Source: Psammoneis japonica (lineage: Eukaryota). Taken from it: a stretch of 64,000 bases of DNA. The position numbers and the translations under genes were made by a program. This document shows positions 1-10,055 of the stretch, piece by piece. The notes beneath the pieces are model-generated. The model worked only from the letters and a program-made list of their open reading frames with translations. It was not told the origin of the DNA and ran no database searches. The stretch's first letter is position 1. Each line of letters begins with the position of its first letter. The stretch is taken from positions 124,001 through 188,000 of the forward strand of contig QPGO01000024.1 in assembly GCA_008632985.1 (NCBI GenBank). Direction: 5' to 3'.

Positions 1-501
1 TTTCCGCTCCGCTGGTAGTCTACCGGTATCGACACTGCCAAACGAGCGCACAAGCAAATTTGAAATTTCACACGAACTATACACGTATTCGTAGCTAAAT
101 AAAAAATAATGATAGAAACGGTATGTTTCCGGGTTTCTGCCACCGACTTGAAGGAAAGTGCGACTCAGATCGCTCCAGGTTTCTCGTGCAAGGGCAACCT
201 GAATGGAACGCTTTTGCCTTTTGGTACCTCTCTTGTTGCTCCCTTGCCTCCTAGTAGGTATCAGCCTCGTCTGAATTGGGAAGCCTTTCGTTCGAGAGGT
301 AACTAGTTCAGTGTTGTCGTTGCAGCAGCTTTCATATCGGCACCGAAAAGCTTCCAGGCGGGACTGAAATTGATCTGGTCTGGTCACATTCTGGTCAGAA
401 AGATTGTTTTGCATGTTTGGTCGGATTGGTTTGGTTGTAGGAGAACGAAGTTGCCTCTTTAGGTACCGTCTCTCGGCGTCCACTCTCGGCAAGTTCTAAG
501 C

Positions 502-2447
502 ATGCCCCCAATGGCAGCTATCCAGCCTCATGCTCAGACAATGCAGTCACAGCCCAACCCCCCTTTGCGGCGCGCTGTTTACATTCATGTCTCGGATCTG
601 ACCAATGCGTATAACATTGATCATTCGAAATTGGATCAAGAATTAAATCGCGTTTTAGCTAAGCGTACGCCCCCAGTGGCCACGGCGTCAGAAGAACGGA
701 CGCGTGCTTCGACTGCCGAGACAGAAAGCAGTGTCCTTCCGCTGCCGCAGAAGCGGCTTCAGCCACCTCGCGGGGGCTTCAACCTTTGCGTGTAAGGAGC
801 TTCATTGTTGGAAACATGTGATCGTTGTTCTTCTCATCTTGGCATCTCATGCAGTGTTACTCTTTTCTGCTATGTCCATCTCTAGCCTTGTTGGAACGGT
901 TAATGTGGTCGTGGACAAGCTCAGGGTGGACCGGTCTCGAGTTCGCTTGGCGGAGGTTGAGATTGGTGATGAAACAGGCACTGTTTCTCTTCGTGCTCGA
1001 GACGACCAGATTGACATTTTGCAAGAAATTTCAGATCGATCGGGGGCTGCGGTGCTGCGAAATTGTACTCTTGAACTCTACCAAGGCAGACATCTTCGTC
1101 TAGCTGTAACAAAGTGGGGAAAGCTGAGAGCGTACCCTGACCAAGTCCCTAGTACCCCACCCCCACCATCCAAAATGAATCGCGATCGCAATTTCTCTTT
1201 AATAGATTTAAGCTTCGTGGCAAGTGAAATGGTTGACCAGTCTTCTGCAGAGACTGGCTTCGGTCAATCTAGACAGAAGACTCCGGAACCTGACAGTGAC
1301 CGGCAGACATCAAGAACTATGTCCACTCGCCAGCAGCACTTCCAGAGTAGTCAGCACAACCGAAGAGGATCGAGAGACCGCACTAAACAGCAACGGCCGC
1401 CAAAATCTAGCGGCGGACATTCATTGTCGATGGGGTATCAAGATACCGGTGTACGTGCGCCTATCGGGTATTCTGGAGTGCACACTTTCTCTCCCGCCTA
1501 TAGCGAACAAATCCCTCCTTATCCATACCCGTCGCCCTCCCATAGGCCGCAGGATACTTCTAGCCTTTCTCAACCCCCTCCTCAGTTGTTACTACAGCAG
1601 TACGAGCTACAGCAGCAGCGAATGCAGATGCAAATGTACCAGGAACACGAGAGCCGCCGACTGCTTGGGAGTCAACCAAGCCATCAGATGCCGCAGTCGT
1701 CGGTCCTCCTCCCTGGTGTGGTTGGCACAGGAAGTTTTGATCTTGGTGATTATCAGGCTTCATCAATGAAAAGTAGCACTGACCAGCATCCCACAGTTGT
1801 CCCTGTTGTGGGGACAAACCAACTCTTTGTTCCGGTTTCAAGCCTTGCTGCTGGGAGTTCGCAAGTTTCTTCCGGGATGCCTCATCAGGAAAGCTATGGG
1901 GATGTCGTCGCCGGGCGTAAGGCCAGAGTGAGTGGAACGTCCAATTTAGAACCCGGTGCTCGTACTTCCTTGAGTTCGGAAACAGACCAATCGAAGAAAA
2001 GCCCATGGACTGAAAGTTCTTCATCGAGAGTTGATTCCCCCCCTTCTCCAGGTCGGATGAACCCACAAGCTACGGCCTTTGCACCAACCTATCTTCAGTC
2101 CCAAGGTGAGATCATAGCTGGCAAATGATGCCCCCTTTCAGCCTTCGTTTGGTCAAAACTCAGATGTTTTTTAATACCTACATTTTGCAGGTACAATCCC
2201 TCCACAAGTCCAATCCACAGCGTACACCTACGTTCCATATGACCCCTCGCAACAAGGTCCAGCACCTATGTATGGGTCTCCCTCTTTGCAACACCCGAGT
2301 ATGTATGCACAGGGTCTGGTATACGTCCCGGCCGTGCACGCTGTTACCGGTCCAACCGCAACTAGTCCAGACGAAGAGACAGGAGGAGGCAGCGACGTTC
2401 AACCCGAACGTCCCGCCGGTGACAAGGAGACTCACAGAGATGACTGA
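502..2447 (+). CDS. OB-fold nucleic-acid-binding protein (SOSS-B/SSB-like OB) with long Q/P/S-rich tail; exons 502-791, 886-2105, 2191-2447
   Basis: Splicing GTAAGG(792)..TCTAG(885) gives GGFNLCVLVGTVNVVVDK..RLAEVEIGDETGTVSLRAR..LRNCTLELYQGRHLRLAVTKWGKL, a typical OB-fold. Second intron GTGAG(2106)..TTGCAG(2190) reads in frame to TGA at 2445-2447. Confidence 0.8.
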
Positions 2448-2738
2448 GGAGGGTGAGAAGAACAAAAGAGGGATCGTGCCGAAGAATAAAATATGCCACG
2501 AAGTAAGCAAGCAAGTTCTGCATGAGACATCTGTGATAGAGGCGCCAAACGTCGACAAGGGTTGATTTTATGTCGCAGTCCTTTGGAAGCCAGATCTATA
2601 ACAGAAGTCTCATGAATTTCTTTTGTCAGGGAAAAGCAGCAATCAGGATATGCAGTTAATGGCCAGCTAAAATTTATAGCAATGCGTTTCCTTGCGCAAA
2701 ATGGCAGCATGGACGAAATCGATGTCGCTTGCAACTCG

Positions 2739-3818
2739 TCATCTTCGGCAAGAACTAAACGGTGCCCAGCAAATCCGTTCTTCGGCTTGCGGAGCGTAAC
2801 GCTCGTGCAAATCTAGTTGTTTGTTACTTGCCCACTCATGATACACGGGTTTCGGCTGTGCACCATGTTGTTTTGACCGCACTTCTTGCTCTCTTTGGTC
2901 TTGCTCTCGTCGTTGTTTATCTGATTCTAGAGCCAACTCCACCAACGCATCCATTGCTTCTTGAATGCCTGTTCCATCCAATGCACTCACTTCAAAGTGC
3001 TTCAGACCATTCCGCATGCACCACAGGAGCACCATGTCTCTATCGGGATGAGATCTGTCTTCTGTATTGAGAACAGAATCCAGATACGAGCCATCGGTCG
3101 TCCATGTATTGCCCGTTACCATGTAAGTTGAAATCTCTTCTCTTCGTCTTGGCGTTTTTGTGACATCCGATGTATTTTGAGAAACGCGATATTCGTAACG
3201 AAAATCTCTTCCACGAAAGTTCCCCTCAAGTCCCATGACATCCCGTTGCGGCGTGGTAGCTCGTCTCTGTGGTTTTGCGACGTCATTCTTAAACAAATCA
3301 ATTTTGTTGGCAACAATCAATACAGGAAAGGGTCTGCCATTTGGTCTTCCCTGGTGTAGATGCTTTATCCTCTCCATCAAATCTGAATGCCACTGTAACA
3401 ACTGGGTAAAGGACGTACTCGATGTCGCATCGTACACCAGCATAGCTGCGTGAGCTTGCCGAAAGAACCCGTCACTCAATTCTGACGTAGAAAACTTGGT
3501 ACGATCTTTCGCGACAAATCGTTTTCTACCCGCTGTGTCCCACATTTGCAAACTTAGCCAGAGAGGACTGGCATCTTCGTCAATATTTTTCTTTTCGTCA
3601 TCATCTTGCTCGTCATGACTGGTTGAAGGGTACTTGACTCGATTCGTATAAACGTCCGCACCGACAGTCGGAACTCGCCCAGCTTGAAAGGTGTTCAAGA
3701 AAAATCGTCTTAAAATACTTGTTTTCCCAGCGTTCGCAGCACCAAGTGCAATGCACTTTAGCCGTATCTGATGCCCTGGATCCCTTTTGTCGCGTCCGGT
3801 TTCTTTTCGATCCATCAT
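2739..3818 (-). CDS. Rab/Ras-superfamily small GTPase, atypical, with insertions
   Basis: G1 GAANAGKTS, G2 PTVGAD, G3 WDTAG, G4 NKID, G5 EVSAL; C-terminal Cys (SSCRR). Confidence 0.85.
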   Translation of the reverse strand: MMDRKETGRDKRDPGHQIRLKCIALGAANAGKTSILRRFFLNTFQAGRVPTVGADVYTNRVKYPSTSHDEQDDDEKKNIDEDASPLWLSLQMWDTAGRKRFVAKDRTKFSTSELSDGFFRQAHAAMLVYDATSSTSFTQLLQWHSDLMERIKHLHQGRPNGRPFPVLIVANKIDLFKNDVAKPQRRATTPQRDVMGLEGNFRGRDFRYEYRVSQNTSDVTKTPRRREEISTYMVTGNTWTTDGSYLDSVLNTEDRSHPDRDMVLLWCMRNGLKHFEVSALDGTGIQEAMDALVELALESDKQRREQDQREQEVRSKQHGAQPKPVYHEWASNKQLDLHERYAPQAEERICWAPFSSCRR

Positions 3819-4001
3819 GCCCGACTTCTGACGGGGTTGGCATCATTGCGTGCTGTATTGTACTGTGTGCGTTGTGCGTTCATGGACGGACTATTTTTGT
3901 TATTTTCGATTTTCAACGCAAAACTTCAATTTTACGTAGAACGCTGTAGGAGCTGTAGGGGGGTGGCGGCAGTCCGAAAACAACACGGGACGACACGGAG
4001 C

Positions 4002-4048
4002 AACGGAGATGGATTGAACGCGGAAAGAAACGGAGATGGATTGAACGC
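4002..4048. repeat. 20-bp direct repeat (AACGGAGATGGATTGAACGC x2, period 27) in the divergent Rab/sulfotransferase intergenic region
   Basis: Exact copies at 4002-4021 and 4029-4048. Confidence 0.85.
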
Positions 4049-4102
4049 ATGGTATGGTAAAACGTGCCTGCTGTCTGTAGTTAGTGAGTGTACGGCTGTG
4101 AA

Positions 4103-5233
4103 ATGAGTGACTTTGCTAGTCTTTTGGGTAATCTACAGAAGACGGCTGAGCGTGCAAATGCCCAGGCCACGTCTGCGGCATCGAACGAGAGCTTGTCTGG
4201 GAAAAAGCGAAAGCTCCAGGGAGAAGACCGCGGGAACAGGGATCGAAAATGCGATTTTCCAGAAGACGCTCACAGCCTCTCCGTTACTATATCCTTCTTG
4301 TGTATCGTAAGTATAAGATCATGCGCGTTTCTCACTCGAGTGTGGAGTGTGTGACTTTTTTCGTTCGCGATGATTGATGTGTTCTGTGTTCCCCTACTGT
4401 ACTACGACGGTTTTTTTTTCAAACAGGGAGCCCAAAAGGCGGGAACTAGTTGGTTCCATGAAATGCTAAAGAAATGTCCCGAATTGTCACTGCCCGACCA
4501 AAAAGAAGTTCATTTCTGGGATTGGCACCGAAAAAGAGGACTTGGGTGGTACAGCAAACAATTTCCGCAGCACTCTTCGAACGTTCTGCTTGGAGAAATC
4601 ACTCCTTGTTACATGACACTACCGGAACTATACATCGAAGAGATCAAAACTCTATTTCCAGCTATTCGTATTGTTTTCTTGGCGAGAGATCTTGTAGAAC
4701 GTGCATGGTCTGCTTTGTACATGGAGTTGAGAAATGCTGCGAGAGGAATGACGGCGGGTCAATTCGGATCTGCTGATGGCAATCTTGACAAGAGGCAACA
4801 ACAGAAGATGGAGGAAGATTCAAACCCTGACTTACAAAGCGATGACTATTTTATGGAAAGGTTGCGACATTCGACTCATGCACAAAGGAATGACTATGCA
4901 TCGGGCTTGCGAAGATGGCTTAAGATATTTCCCAAAGAACAGTTGCTCATTCTCAACTACCATGACATCGAAAGAGCACCAAAGGAAGTACTGAGACACG
5001 CGCTGAATCATATTGGAGTGAAAAACGTTCAATCATTCACGGATTCTTTGGACGAAGACACCTTGAAAGCAAAAGTCAACGCCACTCGGACGGTGTCGAG
5101 CAACGATAATCGCATACGGCCATCTCTGCGCTGTAAAATGGAGTTGCATCTGAGGAAGCCAGCCGAAGACATGAACGTGCTCCTTGAGGAGCTTGGCTAC
5201 AGCTGGAGATTGAATGATTACCGCACCGATTGA
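4103..5233 (+). CDS. PAPS-dependent sulfotransferase (heparan-sulfate sulfotransferase-like fold); intron 4307-4426
   Basis: Splicing GTAAGT..AAACAG gives FLCIGAQKAGTSW (5'-PSB loop). KEVHFWD, GEITPCY and RDLVERAWS (3'-PB motif) follow. Confidence 0.88.
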
Positions 5234-5700
5234 CTGCTTGCTGCTGTCATCACTAAAAATTGTAAAACCACCATATTGAGTATATTGCTCTATCAAACTG
5301 CTGGCATATCTCAACCGTGTTGTTACTGCAAAAGCCTCGGTATCGTGAGTAAAATCGAGAAGGAGAGATACTGTACCCAACAGCGAGATACAGTAGAGCG
5401 AGGAGCGAGGGGAACGGCTACTACTAGACTAAGAGGGCCTACTCGTATGTACATAGGGCCCTCTCTAGTCTAGAGTAGAGAGAGAGCTGAGAGTTGACCC
5501 GACGTGGGCGCACCCGGCAGACCAGACAAAGCAACACAACGAAAAGCATCACAAACGACAACAGGCACAGGCAACAGCGCACATTGCAACTTGCAACAAC
5601 TCAATCAAGTGCGTGAGAAGTGCCGGGACCGAAGTCAGTATTTCCACCGTTTCTTCTATTGTCGGGTTGGTCCCTATGAAAGATCAGACTCGGAGATACA

Positions 5701-6993
5701 ATGGTGATTGAAAAACAAGCGGAACGTGACGGAACCAAGGGGTCGCTTTTCAAGAAGAGAAGGGTTGCTGGGTTCAAAAAAGCAAAAGCCAGAGGGCGCA
5801 TCCAATCCCGAAGACAGGACTCGGATGACGACGACAAAGAGACATCAGACCGCAACAACGATGAAGGGGAATCAGCAATGGACGCTATTGTTGCCGCTAA
5901 AAAGAAACGAAAATTGTTAAACTCTGTTTTGGGAAAGAGTCGGCGAGGGTTGGATACCGCGTTGTTGATGCAACCCAAGGCGGCTGCCGAGACGGACGAT
6001 GACGCCACAGGGGTTCCAGCCGCCAATAAGGATTTGTCGAGGCGCCTAAAAGGCAATTTTAGCGAAGGGGGTGAAACAGGTGATGGATCTGGGGACACGG
6101 CAATGCAGCGAAAACACAAGGACGCGATGGAGGAGTTTATTATGAAAAGTATGAAAACAAAGACAAGCAACGACGAATCATCCGGCCAAGGCAATGCAGA
6201 GAAGAAATCCACCACGAAATCAAGAGATTTGGAGGCACAACTTTATGAAGAATTAGCGTCTTCGGCCATGAAATTGAGTGGCCAAGCTGCAAATGACGAT
6301 ACGCATTTAAATGCCCCGCAAGAGCAGGAAGGAGATGTAGGTGCTGGTGGAGCCATGTTGGGTGGCACTGGAATTGCTGAGGTTGCCTTGGATCTAGATT
6401 CGAGAATGAATACCTTACAAGCAACACAGCAAGCTGTTGCCGCCAGAGAACGGACGCGACGTGACGAGTTTCCATCTCCCTCCCAGCATGCAGTTATGGA
6501 ACCCGAGCAGATTCACGAGCAGATGCTGCCAGTGAGCTTCAGCGTTGGCAAGGGGAAACGGGGGAAGCAAACACCCGTCGTCTCTGCGTTTGTTCCTACC
6601 ATCACAAAACCACTTGATACGCAAACCGCAAAGTCAAACGCAGGCGGTCCAACAGCTTCATCTGCTGGTGTTGATGTTCTGAGCAGCGACGTTTCAGGGC
6701 TGGGGTCTTCAGTAAGTCAGAATTATCGTCTTCACAATCAAGAATGGATATCTCAAAAGAAAGAGCAGCAAGGAAACGAATCTGAAATGGCAAGGCAGCA
6801 AGAGATTGAGGACGTGGGAACAGCGGCTAACCAGGAACGCCTCGGATTTGAGGCTGCACGAAGAATTGCTCGTGGAGAACCCGCTAGTGATGCGACATCG
6901 ACAAGAGGAAGAGATGGAAACCCTCACGGCGACCGGCATCGCTCCAACGATGATCGAGCTTTCAAGAATTTCATCCAAAAGACTCGTCGCTAA
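5701..6993 (+). CDS. C9orf78/HCA59/TLS1-like splicing-associated protein
   Basis: 430-aa ORF with MLGGTGIAEVALDLDSRM (resembles the GIxEVDL core) and C-terminal SNDDRAFKNF. Confidence 0.65.
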   Translation: MVIEKQAERDGTKGSLFKKRRVAGFKKAKARGRIQSRRQDSDDDDKETSDRNNDEGESAMDAIVAAKKKRKLLNSVLGKSRRGLDTALLMQPKAAAETDDDATGVPAANKDLSRRLKGNFSEGGETGDGSGDTAMQRKHKDAMEEFIMKSMKTKTSNDESSGQGNAEKKSTTKSRDLEAQLYEELASSAMKLSGQAANDDTHLNAPQEQEGDVGAGGAMLGGTGIAEVALDLDSRMNTLQATQQAVAARERTRRDEFPSPSQHAVMEPEQIHEQMLPVSFSVGKGKRGKQTPVVSAFVPTITKPLDTQTAKSNAGGPTASSAGVDVLSSDVSGLGSSVSQNYRLHNQEWISQKKEQQGNESEMARQQEIEDVGTAANQERLGFEAARRIARGEPASDATSTRGRDGNPHGDRHRSNDDRAFKNFIQKTRR

Positions 6994-7095
6994 CTAGAGA
7001 GAGGCGTTTGAAATACTCTACGCCTGTTGTTGGCAATGTCATTTGTATTGCTGTTCCTACAGTAGTTTACAAAGGCGGTCTAAACTCGTCTGAAT

Positions 7096-7488
7096 TTAAT
7101 TTCCGCGGTTATTCAACAAGTGGCATACCTTTGCCGGATCGCCACAGTTGAAAACGTAGGTCTTGTCCTTGCCTGCATTGTCAATAATTACTCGGACGGC
7201 GGGTCCATTTCTCGCAATGTAGCCAATATCACCGGAAAGATTGAATCGAATCCCCCATCCTCCCCAGGAGGTTAACCCGTTGACATGTTCGACGGGGTTC
7301 GCCGACTTGACGGCATCCAGAGACGTGGACTTCTGTGTCACATCATATGCGTACCCAAATCCTAGGCTGTCTTTCGTGATCGTCACATGGTAGCGCCAAA
7401 ACAATGGCATGAGGGGAAAGACCAAAACGAGTGCCGCCAGAAATGGAGGACGGTACTCCTCATGATAGAGTTGCTGGTGACCGCTCAT
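7096..7488 (-). CDS. Small membrane-anchored protein of unknown function (one TM segment, WGGWGIR motif)
   Basis: ATG at 7488 (MSGHQQ), hydrophobic FLAALVLVFPLMPLFW, then a beta-rich domain with WGGWGIR. Confidence 0.6.
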   Translation of the reverse strand: MSGHQQLYHEEYRPPFLAALVLVFPLMPLFWRYHVTITKDSLGFGYAYDVTQKSTSLDAVKSANPVEHVNGLTSWGGWGIRFNLSGDIGYIARNGPAVRVIIDNAGKDKTYVFNCGDPAKVCHLLNNRGN

Positions 7489-7837
7489 GTTGTCAGCGGG
7501 TTTGTTTGCCTCATTTTTGTTCTTCCGCGACTGCCGCCAAGCAGCAACCGCCACAACAGAATTTAAGTCCCGTTGGGTTGACCGACTGACGAGCAGACCT
7601 CCGAACATCTGTAGAAATCTACGCAGCGTTTGTACGACGAGCAGGATCGCATCGCCACCATCCAACTTTTTTGTTCCCCGCCCACAAAATGAGCTGAGAA
7701 CAAACGAACTTGGAGCCACCCAAAGTCTTCGTTTTCAAACAGATTAGCGATAGCAGATTACCGTACAAAGTAGTGTCTGCTGATCATTCTCTCGGACTTT
7801 GTCTTCTCAATATACGAGAGAATTGATCTGTGTCAAA

Positions 7838-10055
7838 ATGCCGGTTTATAACTTCAAGAAAATGGGCCCCGTCCCGTCGGCGCCGGAGCTTATCGACATT
7901 GTTCTAATGAGGACGCAGCGGCGAACTCCGACTGTGATTCACCCCGGCTACAAAATTACAAGGATTCGCTCTTTTTAGTAAGTTTCCCCGTGACTTCCCA
8001 GTGCCTCGAGACTTGAATCTAGACTCTAACGCTGACATGGCCTCTTTTTTGCGACCCGCTTCATACCGTAGCATGCGAAAGATCAAATTTACTCAGCAAA
8101 CTATTTCTGAGCGATTGGGGGCGATTCTGTCGGACTTTCCCCGTCTAAATGACATTCATCCGTTCTATGCAGACTTGTGCAACACTCTCTACGATCGAGA
8201 CCACTACAAGCTGGCGTTGGGTCAACTCAATACAGCACGCTCTCTTGTCGATGCCATTGCACGCGACATGATCCGTATGGTCAAGTACGGCGATTCGCTG
8301 TATCGGTGCAAGTGCCTCAAGCGAGCGGCGCTTGGTCGGATGTGTACCGTACTCAAGCGCCAAAAGGCCTCGTTGGCGTACCTTGAGGAAGTGCGCAAGC
8401 ACTTGTCTCGTCTTCCAGCCTTGGACCCAAACACCCGCACCATTCTCATGTGCGGCTTGCCGAACGTTGGCAAATCAAGTTTTATGAACAAGATCACACG
8501 TGCCAACGTTGATGTTCAACCATACGCCTTTACTACCAAGTCGCTCTTTGTGGGACATTGTGATTACCGCTATCTGCGGTGGCAAGTCATTGACACTCCG
8601 GGGATTTTGGATCATCCACTCGAGGAGCGCAACACCATTGAGATGCAAGCCATAACGGCTTTGGCGCACTTGACATGCAGTGTCCTCTACTTTGTTGACA
8701 TTTCGGAGCAATGTGGATACACTATTGAACAACAGTGTTCCCTTTTCCGAAGTATCAAACCACTGTTCGCAAACAAGCAGTTGATTGTGGTTGTGAACAA
8801 AATTGATCAACAGCCCTGGGAGACTCTCGAACAGTCAAAGAAAGCAATGGTTCAGGCCTTGGTGGACGATGCCAATTGCTCTCTCATGACAATGTCCAAC
8901 ATGTCAGAGGAGGGCGTATCTCAAGTCAAATCGACTGCCTGTGACAAGCTGCTGGCGTCTCGTGTAGATTCGCGTATCAACGGTAAGAAGATTGGCAACG
9001 TCATGAATCGCATCCAGGTATTCCAGCCCGTTCCTCGTGACAACGTGGAGCGCGGTGTGTGTATTCCGGAATCGGTTCTCCAAGGAGACTCCTCCAATAA
9101 CGCAGATGACCACAAGCCAAGGCGCTCCAAAGTGGGATACGCTCCGACCGTCAAGGATAGTAGTAGTGACGGCGACGTTCTCATGGATGGCAATGACGGA
9201 ATCAAAAAGACCGCCCGCGACCTTATGTGGGAAAATGGTGGTCCTGGTGTCTGGGCACCTGACTATCGTGAGCAGTACGATCTCAAAGATGAAGAATGGA
9301 AGTTCGACGCGATTCCTCAGATTTTGGATGGGAAGAACATTGCCGACTACGTTGATCCTGACATCGAAGCGAAGCTGACTGCTTTGGAACAAGAGGAAGA
9401 GCAGCTAGCGGCAGAGCTGGCAGCTGCAGGCGAAGAGGACATGGAGTCAGACTTGGACAGCGAAGAGGAAGCGGCGGTGGAGGCAATTCGTGAGCGAAAA
9501 CGTACGACTCGCCTCATGGCTCGTACCGACCGAACTCAGAACAAGCCTGTTCGGCCAAGGTCTATTCGTGGACGGACCAAGGACAAGCATGATGCCGGCG
9601 CGCTTGATGCGAATGAAATCAAAAAGAAGATGGATCGTTACGGCGTGGATAGCTCTAGAATGCTGGAACGCGGCAGAACCATGGAACGCGGCAGAAAGCG
9701 AGAACGATCTCTAAGTCGAAGAAGGCGCGGTGATGACCTTATGGAGAGCCATACTTCTGACGAGGAAATGATGGACGTCAGCATGAGCAAGGGCAAGATT
9801 AAGAGAGCGAAGAAGGCTCGTGCTGAGTCGGTGCGTCGGGATGCAAGTCTTGCTCGCAGTCATTCTCGCCCACGTAAGCCCTCACAAGTTGGACTCAAGG
9901 ACGACGCAGCCGCCAAGGTTGCGAAGAAGCTGGAGAAGGAAGGAAGAAAGATGTGGACCGGGGCTAGTGGCGAAGGAGACAAGCGGAAGAGTGTGCATTT
10001 GGTCAAATGGATGAACACTGGCAAAAAACGGAACGGAACTCACTACTGTCGTTAG
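7838..10055 (+). CDS. NOG1: Nucleolar GTP-binding protein 1 (NOG1/GTPBP4); intron 7978-8071
   Basis: Exon 1 [70 protein letters not shown]-terminal [11 protein letters not shown]. Confidence 0.97.

Noticed and set aside
704..885. N-terminus of the 474-aa ORF, and likewise 8001-8071 and 4370-4426, as coding
   Set aside because: These extensions read through introns or an out-of-frame part of the upstream exon; the spliced models restore conserved motifs.
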